The position numbers were made by a program, and so were the translations under genes. Shown here in pieces: positions 27,901 to 41,099 of a stretch of DNA of 64,000 nucleotides. Origin of the DNA: Eledone cirrhosa (lineage: Eukaryota); NCBI GenBank assembly GCA_964016885.1, contig OZ024740.1, positions 137,020,001 to 137,084,000 on the forward strand, in the 5' to 3' direction. The notes below the pieces were generated by a model. The model was not told where the DNA came from and ran no database searches. It saw nothing but the letters and a program-made list of their open reading frames with translations. Positions within the stretch are counted from its first letter, which is position 1. The number at the start of each line of letters is the position of its first letter.

Positions 27901-29280
27901 TTCTCTCTTTCTCTTCACACTTTTCCCCCAATCTCCAATTCTCTCTTTCTCTTCTCACTTTTCTCTCAATCTCCAATTCTCTCTTTCTCTTATCACTTTT
28001 CTCTCAATCTCCAATTCTCTCTTTCTCATATCACTTTTCTCTCAAACTCCAATATTCTCTTTCTCTCATCACTTTTCTCTCAATCTCCAATTCTCTCTTT
28101 CTCTTATGACTTTTCTCTCAATCTCCAACTATCTCTTTCTCTTATCCCCTTTCTCTCAATCTCCAATTATCTCTTTCTCTTATCACTTTTCTCTCAATCT
28201 CCAATTCTCTCTTTCTCTTCTCACTTTTCGCCCAATCTCCAATTCTCTTTTTCTCTTTACACTTTTACCCAACCTCAAATTCTCTCTTTCTCTTATCACT
28301 TTTCTCTCAATCTCCAATTCTCTCTTTCCCTTCTCACTTTTCTCTCAATCTCCAATTCTCTCTTTCTCTTCTCACTTTTCTCTCAATCTCCCATTCTCTC
28401 TCTCTCTTATCACTTTTCTCTCAATCACCAATTCTCTCTTTCTCTTATCACTTTTCTCATAATCTCCAATTCTCTCTTTCTCTTATCACTTTTCTCTCAA
28501 TCTCCAATTCTCTCTTTCTCTTATCACTTTTCTGCCAATCTCCAATTCTCTCTTTCTCTTATCACTTTTCTCTCAATCTCCAATTCTCTCTTTCTCTTAT
28601 CACTTTTCCCATAATCTCCAATTCTCTATTTCTCTTCTCACTTTTCTCTCAATCTCCAATTCTCTCTTTCTCTTATCACTTTTCTGCCAATCTCCAATTC
28701 TCTCTTTCTCTTATCACTTTTCTCTCAATCTCCAATTCTCTCTTTCTCTTATCACTTTTCTCTCAATCTCCAATTCTCTCTTTCTCTTATCACTTTTCTC
28801 TCAATCTCTAATTCTCTCTTTCTCTTATCATTTTTCTTTCAATCTCCAATTCTCTCTTTCTCTTATCACTTTTCTCTCAATCAACAATTTTCTCTTTCTC
28901 TTATCACTTTTCCCCCAATCTCCAATTCTCTCTTTCTCTTCTCACTTTTCCCCCTATCTCCAATTCTCTTTTTCTCTTTACACTTTTCCCCAACCTCCAA
29001 TTCTCTCTTTCTCTTATCACTTTTCTCTCAATCTCCAATTCTCTCTTTCCCTTCTCACTTTTCTCTCAATCTCCAATTCTCTCTTTCTCTTCTCACTTTT
29101 CTCTCAATCTCCCATTCTCTCTCTCTCTTATCACTTTTCTCTCAATCACCAATTCTCTCTTTCTCTTATCACTTTTCTCTCAATCTCCAATTCTCTCTTT
29201 CTCTTATCCATTTTCTCTCAATCTGCAATTCTCTCTTTCTGTTCTCACTTTTCCCCTAATCTGCAATTCTCTCTTTCTCT
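24990..29280 (+). repeat. Higher-order duplication spanning the domain boundary (offset 2236, then about 2088)
   Basis: CCGAATCCCC (G at 25313/27549) and ATGTTCCCCC (25608/27844) have offset 2236. CGCCC at 26141/28229 has offset 2088, after four monomers that are absent from the second copy. Confidence 0.85.
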
Positions 29281-32200
29281 TATCACTTTTCTCTCAATCT
29301 CCAATTCTCTCTTTCTCTTATCACTTTTCTCTCAATCTCCAATTCTCTCTTTCTCTTATCACTTTTCTCTCAATCTCCAATTCTCTCTTTCCCTTATCCA
29401 TTTTCTCTCAATCTGCAATTCTCTCTTTCTTTTCTCACTTTTCCCCCAATCTCCAATTCTCTCTTTCTCTTCACACTTTTCCCCCAATCTCCAATTCTCT
29501 CTTTCTCTTATCACTTTTCTCTCAATCTCCAATTTTCTCTTTCTCTTCTCACTTCTGTCTCAATCTCCAATTCTCTCTTTCTCTTATCACTTTTTTCTCA
29601 ATCTCCAATCCTATCTTTCTCTTATCACTTTTCTCTCAATCACTTTTCTCTCAATCTCCAATTCTCTCTTTCTCTTATCACTTTTCTCTCAATCTCCAAT
29701 TCTCTCTTTCTCTTATCACTTTTCTCTCAATCTCCAATTCTCTCTTTCTCTTATCACTTTTCTCTCAATCTCCAATTCTCTCTTTCTCATATCACTTTTC
29801 TCTCAAACTCCAATATTCTCTTTCTCTCATCACTTTTCTCTCAATCTCCAATTCTCTCTTTCTCTTATGACTTTTCTCTCAATCTCCAACTATCTCTTTC
29901 TCTTATCCCCTTTCTCTCAATCTCCAATTATCTCTTTCTCTTATCACTTTTCTCTCAATCTCCAATTCTCTCTTTCTCTTCTCACTTTTCGCCCAATCTC
30001 CAATTCTCTTTTTCTCTTTACACTTTTACCCAACCTCAAATTCTCTCTTTCTCTTATCACTTTTCTCTCAATCTCCAATTCTCTCTTTCCCTTCTCACTT
30101 TTCTCTCAATCTCCAATTCTCTCTTTCTCTTCTCACTTTTCTCTCAATCTCCCATTCTCTCTCTCTCTTATCACTTTTCTCTCAATCACCAATTCTCTCT
30201 TTCTCTTATCACTTTTCTCATTATCTCCAATTCTCTCTTTCTCTTATCACTTTTCTCTCAATCTACAATTCTCTCTTTCTCTTATCACTTTTCTGCCAAT
30301 CTCCAATTCTCTCTTTCTCTTATCACTTTTCTCTCAATCTCCAATTCTCTCTTTCTCTTATCACTTTTCCCATAATCTCCAATTCTCTATTTCTCTTCTC
30401 ACTTTTCTCTCAATCTCCAATTCTCTCTTTCTCTTATCACTTTTCTGCCAATCTCCAATTCTCTCTTTCTCTTATCACTTTTCTCTCAATCTCCAATTCT
30501 CTCTTTCTCTTATCACTTTTCTCTCAATCTCCAATTCTCTCTTTCTCTTATCACTTTTCTCTCAATCTCTAATTCTCTCTTTCTCTTATCATTTTTCTCT
30601 CAATCTCCAATTCTCTCTTTCTCTTATCACTTTTCTCTCAATCAACAATTTTCTCTTTCTCTTATCACTTTTCCCCCAATCTCCAATTCTCTCTTTCTCT
30701 TCTCACTTTTCCCCCTATCTCCAATTCTCTTTTTCTCTTTACACTTTTCCCCAACCTCCAATTCTCTCTTTCTCTTATCACTTTTCTCTCAATCTCCAAT
30801 TCTCTCTTTCCCTTCTCACTTTTCTCTCAATCTCCAATTCTCTCTTTCTCTTCTCACTTTTCTCTCAATCTCCCATTCTCTCTCTCTCTTATCACTTTTC
30901 TCTCAATCACCAATTCTCTCTTTCTCTTATCACTGTTCTCATAATCTCCAAATCTCTCTTTCTCTTATCACTTTTCTCTCAATCTCCAATTCTCTCTTTC
31001 TCTTATCATTTGTCCCCCAATCTACAATTCTCTCTTTCTCTTATCACTTTTCTCTCAATCTCCAATTCTCTCTTTCTCTTATCACTTTTCCCATAATCTC
31101 CAATTCTCTCTTTCTCTTATCACTTTTCTCTCAATCTCCAATTCTCTCTTTCTCTTATCACTTTTCTGCCAATCTTCAATTCTCTCTTTCTCTTATCACT
31201 TTTCTCTCAATCTCCAATTCTCTCTTTCTCTTATCACTTTTCTCTCAATCTCCAATTCTCTCTTTCTCCTATCACTTTTCCCTCAATCTCCAATTCTCTC
31301 TTTCTCTTATCACTTTTCTCTCAATCTCCAATTCTCTCTTTCTCTTATCACTTTTCTCTCAATCAACAATTTTCTCTTTCTCTTATCACTTTTCCCTCAA
31401 TCTCCAATTCTCTCTTTCTCTTATCACTTTTCTCTCAATCTGCAATTCTCTCTTTCTCTTATCACTTTTCTCTCAATCTCCAATTCTCTTTTTCTCTTCT
31501 CACTTTTCCCCTAATCTCCAATTCTCTCTTTCTCTTATCACTTTTCTCTCAATCTCCAATTCTCTCTTTCTCTTATCACTTTTCTCTCAATCTCCAATTC
31601 TCTCTTTCTCTTATCACTTTTCCCATAATCTCCAATTCTCTCTTTCTCTTATCACTTTTCTCTCAATCTCCAATTCTCTCTTTCTCTTATCACTTTTCTG
31701 CCAATCTTCAATGCTCTCTTTCTCTTATCACTTTTCTCTCAATCTCCAATTCTCTCTTTCTCTTATCACTTTTCTCTCAATCTCCAATTCTCTCTTTCTC
31801 TTATCACTTTTCCCTCAATCTCCAATTCTCTCTTTCTCTTATCACTTTTCTCTCAATCTCCAATTCTCTCTTTCTCTTATCACTTTTCTCTCAATCAACA
31901 ATTTTCTCTTTCTCTTATCACTATTCTCTCAATCTCCAATTATCTCTTTCTCTTATCACTTTTCTCTCAATCTGCAATTCTCTCTTTCTCTTATCACTTT
32001 TCTCTCAATCTCCAATTCTCTTTTTCTCTTCTCACTTTTCCCCTAATCTCCAATTCTCTCTTTCTCTTATCACTTTTCTCTCAATCTCCAATTCTCTCTT
32101 TCTCTTATCACTTTTCTCTCAATCTCCAATTCTCTCTTTCTCTTATCCATTTTCTCTCAATCTGCAATTCTCTCTTTCTGTTCTCACTTTTCCCCTAATC

Positions 32201-35200
32201 TGCAATTCTCTCTTTCTCTTATCACTTTTCTCTCAATCTCCAATTCTCTCTTTCTCTTATCACTTTTCTCTCAATCTCCAATTCTCTCTTTCTCTTATCA
32301 CTTTTCTCTCAATCTCCAATTCTCTCTTTCCCTTATCCATTTTCTCTCAATCTGCAATTCTCTCTTTCTTTTCTCACTTTTCCCCCAATCTCCAATTCTC
32401 TCTTTCTCTTCACACTTTTCCCCCAATCTCCAATTCTCTCTTTCTCTTATCACTTTTCTCTCAATCTCCAATTTTCTCTTTCTCTTCTCACTTCTGTCTC
32501 AATCTCCAATTCTCTCTTTCTCTTATCACTTTTCTCTCAATCTCCAATCCTATCTTTCTCTTATCACTTTTCTCTCAATCACTTTTCTCTCAATCTCCAA
32601 TTCTCTCTTTCTCTTATCACTTTTCTCTCAATCTCCAATTCTCTCTTTCTCTTATCACTTTTCTCTCAATCTCCAATTCTCTCTTTCTCTTATCACTTTC
32701 CTCTCAATCTCCAATTCTTTCTTTCTCTTCACACTTTTCCCCCAATCTCCAATTCTCTCTTTCTCTTCACACTTTTCCCCCAATCTCCAATTCTCTCTTT
32801 CTCTTCTCACTTTTCTCTCAATCTCCAATTCTCTCTTTCTCTTATCACTTTTCTCTCAATCTCCAATTCTCTCTTTCTCATATCACTTTTCTCTCAAACT
32901 CCAATATTCTCTTTCTCTCATCACTTTTCTCTCAATCTCCAATTCTCTCTTTCTCTTATGACTTTTCTCTCAATCTCCAACTATCTCTTTCTCTTATCCC
33001 CTTTCTCTCAATCTCCAATTATCTCTTTCTCTTATCACTTTTCTCTCAATCTCCAATTCTCTCTTTCTCTTCTCACTTTTCGCCCAATCTCCAATTCTCT
33101 TTTTCTCTTTACACTTTTACCCAACCTCAAATTCTCTCTTTCTCTTATCACTTTTCTCTCAATCTCCAATTCTCTCTTTCCCTTCTCACTTTTCTCTCAA
33201 TCTCCAATTCTCTCTTTCTCTTCTCACTTTTCTCTCAATCTCCCATTCTCTCTCTCTCTTATCACTTTTCTCTCAATCACCAATTCTCTCTTTCTCTTAT
33301 CACTTTTCTCATAATCTCCAATTCTCTCTTTCTCTTATCACTTTTCTCTCAATCTCCAATTCTCTCTTTCTCTTATCACTTTTCTGCCAATCTCCAATTC
33401 TCTCTTTCTGTTATCACTTTTCTCTCAATCTCCAATTCTCTCTTTCTCTTATCACTTTTCCCATAATCTCCAATTCTCTATTTCTCTTCTCACTTTTCTC
33501 TCAATCTCCAATTCTCTCTTTCTCTTATCACTTTTCTGCCAATCTCCAATTCTCTCTTTCTCTTATCACTTTTCTCTCAATCTCCAATTCTCTCTTTCTC
33601 TTATCACTTTTCTCTCAATCTCCAATTCTCTCTTTCTCTTATCACTTTTCTCTCAATCTCTAATTCTCTCTTTCTCTTATCATTTTTCTCTCAATCTCCA
33701 ATTCTCTCTTTCTCTTATCACTTTTCTCTCAATCAACAATTTTCTCTCTCTCTCATCACTTTTCCCCCAATCTCCAATTCTCTCTTTCTCTTATCACTTT
33801 TCTCTCAATCTGCAATTCTCTCTTTCTCTTATCACTTTTCTCTCAATCTCCAATTCTCTCTTTCTCTTATCACTTTTCCCTCAATCTCCAATTCTCTCTT
33901 TCTCTTATCACTTTTCTCTCAATCTCCAATTCTCTCTTTCTCTTATCACTTTTCTCTCAATCAACAATTTTCTCTTTCTCTTATCACTTTTCCCTCAATC
34001 TCCAATTCTCTCTTTCTCTTATCACTTTTCTCTCAATCTGCAATTCTCTCTTTCTCTTATCACTTTTCTCTCAATCTCCAATTCTCTTTTTCTCTTCTCA
34101 CTTTTCCCCTAATCTCCAATTCTCTCTTTCTCTTATCACTTTTCTCTCAATCTCCAATTCTCTTTTTCTCTTCTCACTTTTCCCCTAATCTCCAATTCTC
34201 TCTTTCTCTTATCACTTTTCTCTCAATCTCCAATTCTCTCTTTCTCTTATCACTTTTCTCTCAATCTCCAATTCTCTCTTTCTCTTATCCATTTTCTCTC
34301 AATCTGCAATTCTCTCTTTCTGTTCTCACTTTTCCCCTAATCTGCAATTCTCTCTTTCTCTTATCACTTTTCTCTCAATCTCCAATTCTCTCTTTCTCTT
34401 ATCACTTTTCTCTCAATCTCCAATTCTCTCTTTCTCTTATCACTTTTCTCTCAATCTCCAATTCTCTCTTTCCCTTATCCATTTTCTCTCAATCTGCAAT
34501 TCTCTCTTTCTTTTCTCACTTTTCCCCCAATCTCCAATTCTCTCTTTCTCTTCACACTTTTCCCCCAATCTCCAATTCTCTCTTTCTCTTATCACTTTTC
34601 TCTCAATCTCCAATTTTCTCTTTCTCTTCTCACTTCTGTCTCAATCTCCAATTCTCTCTTTCTCTTATCACTTTTCTCTCAATCTCCAATCCTATCTTTC
34701 TCTTATCACTTTTCTCTCAATCACTTTTCTCTCAATCTCCAATTCTCTCTTTCTCTTATCACTTTTCTCTCAATCTCCAATTCTCTCTTTCTCTTATCAC
34801 TTTTCTCTCAATCTCCAATTCTCTCTTTCTCTTATCACTTTCCTCTCAATCTCCAATTCTTTCTTTCTCTTCACACTTTTCCCCCAATCTACAATTCTCT
34901 CTTTCTCTTCACACTTTTCCCCCAATCTCCAATTCTCTCTTTCTCTTCTCACTTTTCTCTCAATCTCCAATTCTCTCTTTCTCTTATCACTTTTCTCTCA
35001 ATCTCCAATTCTCTCTTTCTCATATCACTTTTCTCTCAAACTCCAATATTCTCTTTCTCTCATAACTTTTCTCTCAATCTCCAATTCTCTCTTTCTCTTA
35101 TGACTTTTCTCTCAATCTCCAACTATCTCTTTCTCTTATCCCCTTTCTCTCAATCTCCAATTATCTCTTTCTCTTATCACTTTTCTCTCAATCTCCAATT

Positions 35201-38200
35201 CTCTCTTTCTCTTCTCACTTTTCGCCCAATCTCCAATTCTCTTTTTCTCTTTACACTTTTACCCAACCTCAAATTCTCTCTTTCTCTTATCACTTTTCTC
35301 TCAATCTCCAATTCTCTCTTTCCCTTCTCACTTTTCTCTCAATCTCCAATTCTCTCTTTCTCTTCTCACTTTTCTCTCAATCTCCCATTCTCTCTCTCTC
35401 TCTTATCACTTTTCTCTCAATCACCAATTCTCTCTTTCTCTTATCACTTTTCTCATAATCTCCAATTCTCTCTTTCTCTTATCACTTTTCTCTCAATCTC
35501 CAATTCTCTCTTTCTCTTATCACTTTTCTGCCAATCTCCAATTCTCTCTTTCTCTTATCACTTTTCTCTCAATCTCCAATTCTCTCTTTCTCTTATCACT
35601 TTTCCCATAATCTCCAATTCTCTATTTCTCTTCTCACTTTTCTCTCAATCTCCAATTCTCTCTTTCTCTTATCACTTTTCTGCCAATCTCCAATTCTCTC
35701 TTTCTCTTATCACTTTTCTCTCAATCTCCAATTCTCTCTTTCTCTTATCACTTTTCTCTCAATCTCCAATTCTCTCTTTCTCTTATCACTTTTCTCTCAA
35801 TCTCTAATTCTCTCTTTCTCTTATCATTTTTCTCTCAATCTCCAATTCTCTCTTTCTCTTATCACTTTTCTCTCAATCAACAATTTTCTCTTTCTCTTAT
35901 CACTTTTCCCCCAATCTCCAATTCTCTCTTTCTCTTCTCACTTTTCCCCCTATCTCCAATTCTCTTTTTCTCTTTACACTTTTCCCCAACCTCCAATTCT
36001 CTCTTTCTCTTATCACTTTTCTCTCAATCTCCAATTCTCTCTTTCCCTTCTCACTTTTCTCTCAATCTCCAATTCTCTCTTTCTCTTCTCACTTTTCTCT
36101 CAATCTCCCATTCTCTCTCTCTCTTATCACTTTTTTCTCAATCACCAATTCTCTCTTTCTCTTATCACTTTTCTCATAATCTCCAAATCTCTCTTTCTCT
36201 TATCACTTTTCTCTCAATCTCCAATTCTCTCTTTCTCTTATCACTTTTCCCTCAATCTCCAATTCTCTCTTTCTCTTATCACTTTTCTCTCAATCTCCAA
36301 TTCTCTCTTTCTCTTATCACTTTTCTCTCAATCAACAATTTTCTCTTTCTCTTATCACTTTTCCCTCAATCTCCAATTCTCTCTTTCTCTTATCACTTTT
36401 CTCTCAATCTGCAATTCTCTCTTTCTCTTATCACTTTTCTCTCAATCTCCAATTCTCTTTTTCTCTTCTCACTTTTCCCCTAATCTCCAATTCTCTCTTT
36501 CTCTTATCACTTTTCTCTCAATCTCCAATTCTCTCTTTCTCTTATCACTTTTCTCTCAATCTCCAATTCTCTCTTTCTCTTATCACTTTTCCCATAATCT
36601 CCAATTCTCTCTTTCTCTTATCACTTTTCTCTCAATCTCCAATTCTCTCTTTCTCTTATCACTTTTCTGCCAATCTTCAATTCTCTCTTTCTCTTATCAC
36701 TTTTCTCTCAATCTCCAATTCTCTCTTTCTCTTATCACTTTTCTCTCAATCTCCAATTCTCTCTTTCTCTTATCACTTTTCCCTCAATCTCCAATTCTCT
36801 CTTTCTCTTATCACTTTTCTCTCAATCTCCAATTCTCTCTTTCTCTTATCACTTTTCTCTCAATCAACAATTTTCTCTTTCTCTTATCACTTTTCTCTCA
36901 ATCTCCAATTATCTCTTTCTCTTATCACTTTTCTCTCAATCTGCAATTCTCTCTTTCTCTTATCACTTTTCTCTCAATCTCCAATTCTCTTTTTCTCTTC
37001 TCACTTTTCCCCTAATCTCCAATTCTCTCTTTCTCTTATCACTTTTCTCTCAATCTCCAATTCTCTCTTTCTCTTATCACTTTTCTCTCAATCTCCAATT
37101 CTCTCTTTCTCTTATCCATTTTCTCTCAATCTGCAATTCTCTCTTTCTGTTCTCACTTTTCCCCTAATCTGCAATTCTCTCTTTCTCTTATCACTTTTCT
37201 CTCAATCTCCTATTCTCTCTTTCTCTTATCACTTTTCTCTCAATCTCCAATTCTCTCTTTCCCTTATCCATTTTCTCTCAATCTGCAATTCTCTCTTTCT
37301 TTTCTCACTTTTCCCCCAATCTCCAATTCTCTCTTTCTCTTCACACTTTTCCCCCAATCTCCAATTCTCTCTTTCTTTTATCACTTTTCTCTCAATCTCC
37401 AATTTTCTCTTTCTCTTCTCACTTCTCTCTCAATCTGCAATTCTCTCTTTCTCTTATCACTTTTCTCTCAATCTCCAATCCTATCTTTCTCTTATCACTT
37501 TTCTCTCAATCACTTTTCTCTCAATCTCCAATTCTCTCTTTCTCTTATCACTTTTCGCTCAATGTCCAATTCTCTCTTTCTCTTATTACTTTTCTCTCAA
37601 TCTCCAATTCTCTCTTTCTCTTATCACTTTCCTCTCAATCTCCAATTCTTTCTTTCTCTTCACACTTTTCCCCCAATCTCCAATTCTCTCTTTCTCTTCA
37701 CACTTTTCCCCCAATCTCCAATTCTCTCTTTCTCTTCTCACTTTTCTCTCAATCTCCAATTCTCTCTTTCTCTTATCACTTTTCTCTCAATCTCCAATTC
37801 TCTCTTTCTCATATCACTTTTCTCTCAAACTCCAATATTCTCTTTCTCTCATCACTTTTCTCTCAATCTCCAATTCTCTCTTTCTCTTATCACTTTTCTC
37901 TCAATCTCCAACTATCTCTTTCTCTTATCCCCTTTCTCTCAATCTCCAATTATCTCTTTCTCTTATCACTTTTCTCTCAATCTCCAATTCTCTCTTTCTC
38001 TTCTCACTTTTCGCCCAATCTCCAATTCTCTTTTTCTCTTTACACTTTTACCCAACCTCAAATTCTCTCTTTCTCTTATCACTTTTCTCTCAATCTCCAA
38101 TTCTCTCTTTCCCTTCTCACTTTTCTCTCAATCTCCAATTCTCTCTTTCTCTTCTCACTTTTCTCTCAATCTCCCATTCTCTCTCTCTCTTATCACTTTT

Positions 38201-41099
38201 CTCTCAATCACCAATTCTCTCTTTCTCTTATCACTTTTCCCATAATCTCCAATTCTCTATTTCTCTTCTCACTTTTCTCTCAATCTCCAATTCTCTCTTT
38301 CTCTTATCACTTTTCTGCCAATCTCCAATTCTCTCTTTCTCTTATCACTTTTCTCTCAATCTCCAATTCTCTTTTTCTCTTATCACTTTTCTCTCAATCT
38401 CCAATTCTCTCTTTCTCTTATCACTTTTCTCTCAATCTCCAATTCTCTCTTTCTCTTATCACTTTTCTCTCAATCTCCAATTCTCTCTTTCTCTTATCAC
38501 TTTTCTCTCAATCTCCAATTCTCTCTTTCTCTTATCCATTTTCTCTCAATCTGCAATTCTCTCTTTCTGTTCTCACTTTTCCCCTAATCTGCAATTCTCT
38601 CTTTCTCTTATCACTTTTCTCTCAATCTACAATTCTCTCTTTCTCTTATCACTTTTCTCTCAATCTCCAATTCTCTCTTTCCCTTATCCATTTTCTCTCA
38701 ATCTGCAATTCTCTCTTTCTTTTCTCACTTTTCCCCCAATCTCCAATTCTCTCTTTCTCTTCACACTTTTCCCCCAATCTCCAATTCTCTCTTTCTCTTA
38801 TCACTTTTCTCTCAATCTCCAATTTTCTCTTTCTCTTCTCACTTCTCTCTCAATCTCCAATTCTCTCTTTCTCTTATCACTTTTCTCTCAATCTCCAATC
38901 CTATCTTTCTCTTATCACTTTTCTCTCAATCACTTTTCTCTCAATCTCCAATTCTCTCTTTCTCTTATCACTTTTCTCTCAATCTCCAATTCTCTCTTTC
39001 TCTTATCACTTTTCCCTCAATCTCCAATTCTCTCTTTCTCTTATCACTTTCCTCTCAATCTCCAATTCTTTCTTTCTCTTCACACTTTTCCCCCAATCTC
39101 CAATTCTCTCTTTCTCTTCTCACTTTTCTCTCAATCTCCAATTCTCTCTTTCTCTTATCACTTTTCTCTCAATCTCCAACTCTCTCTTTCTCTTATCCCC
39201 TTTCTCTCAATCTCCAATTATCTCTTTCTCTTATCACTTTTCTCTCAATCTCCAATTCTCTCTTTCTCTTCTCACTTTTCGCCCAATCTCCAATTCTCTT
39301 TTTCTCTTTACACTTTTACCCAACCTCCAATTCTCTCTTTCTCTTATCACTTTTCTCTCAATCTCCAATTCTCTCTTTCACTTATCACTTTTCTCTCAAT
39401 CTCCAATTCTCTCTTTCCCTTATCCATTTTCTCTCAATCTGCAATTCTCTCTTTCTTTTCTCACTTTTCCCCCAATCTCCAATTCTCTCTTTCTCTTCAC
39501 ACTTTTCCCCCAATCTCCAATTCTCTCTTTCTCTTATCACTTTTCTCTCAATCTCCAATTTTCTCTTTCTCTTCTCACTTCTCTCTCAATCTCCAATTCT
39601 CTCTTTCTTTTATCACTTTTCTCTTAATCTCCAATCCTATCTTTCTCTTATCACTTTTCTCTCAATCACTTTTCTCTCAATCTCCAATTCTCTCTTTCTC
39701 TTATCACTTTTCGCTCAATCTCCAATTCTCTCTTTCTCTTATTACTTTTCTCTCAATCTCCAATTCTCTCTTTCTCTTATCACTTTCCTCTCAATCTCCA
39801 ATTCTTTCTTTCTCTTCACACTTTTCCCCCAATCTCCAATTCTCTCTTTCTCTTCACACTTTTCCCCCAATCTCCAATTCTCTCTTTCTCTTCTCACTTT
39901 TCTCTCAATCTCCAATTCTCTCTTTCTCTTATCACTTTTCTCTCAATCTCCAATTCTCTCTTTCTCATATCACTTTTCTCTCAAACTCCAATATTCTCTT
40001 TCTCTCATCACTTTTCTCTCAATCTCCAATTCTCTCTTTCTCTTATGACTTTTCTCTCAATCTCCAACTATCTCTTTCTCTTATCCCCTTTCTCTCAATC
40101 TCCAATTATCTCTTTCTCTTATCACTTTTCTCTCAATCTCCAATTCTCTCTTTCTCTTCTCACTTTTCCCCCAATCTCCAATTCTCTTTTTCTCTTTACA
40201 CTTTTACCCAACCTCAAATTCTCTCTTTCTCTTATCACTTTTCTCTCAATCTCCAATTCTCTCTTTCCCTTCTCACTTTTCTCTCAATCTCCAATTCTCT
40301 CTTTCTCTTCTCACTTTTCTCTCAATCTCCCATTCTCTCTCTCTCTTATCACTTTTCTCTCAATCACCAATTCTCTCTTTCTCTTATCACTTTTCCCATA
40401 ATCTCCAATTCTCTATTTCTCTTCTCACTTTTCTCTCAATCTCCAATTCTCTCTTTCTCTTATCACTTTTCTGCCAATCTCCAATTCTCTCTTTCTCTTA
40501 TCACTTTTCTCTCAATCTCCAATTCTCTTTTTCTCTTATCACTTTTCTCTCAATCTCCAATTCTCTCTTTCTCTTATCACTTTTCTCTCAATCTCTAATT
40601 CTCTCTTTCTCTTATCATTTTTCTCTCAATCTCCAATTCTCTCTTTCTCTTATCACTTTTCTCTCAATCAACAATTTTCTCTTTCTCTTATCACTTTTCC
40701 CCCAATCTCCAATTCTCTCTTTCTCTTCTCACTTTTCCCCCTATCTCCAATTCTCTTTTTCTCTTTACACTTTTCCCCAACCTCCAATTCTCTCTTTCTC
40801 TTATCACTTTTCTCTCAATCTCCAATTCTCTCTTTCCCTTCTCACTTTTTTCTCAATCTCCAATTCTCTCTTTCTCTTCTCACTTTTCTCTCAATCTCCC
40901 ATTCTCTCTCTCTCTTATCACTTTTCTCTCAATCACCAATTCTCTCTTTCTCTTATCACTTTTCTCATAATCTCCAAATCTCTCTTTCTCTTATCACTTT
41001 TCTCTCAATCTCCAATTCTCTCTTTCTCTTATCATTTGTCCCCCAATCTACAATTCTCTCTTTCTCTTATCACTTTTCTCTCAATCTCCAATTCTCTCT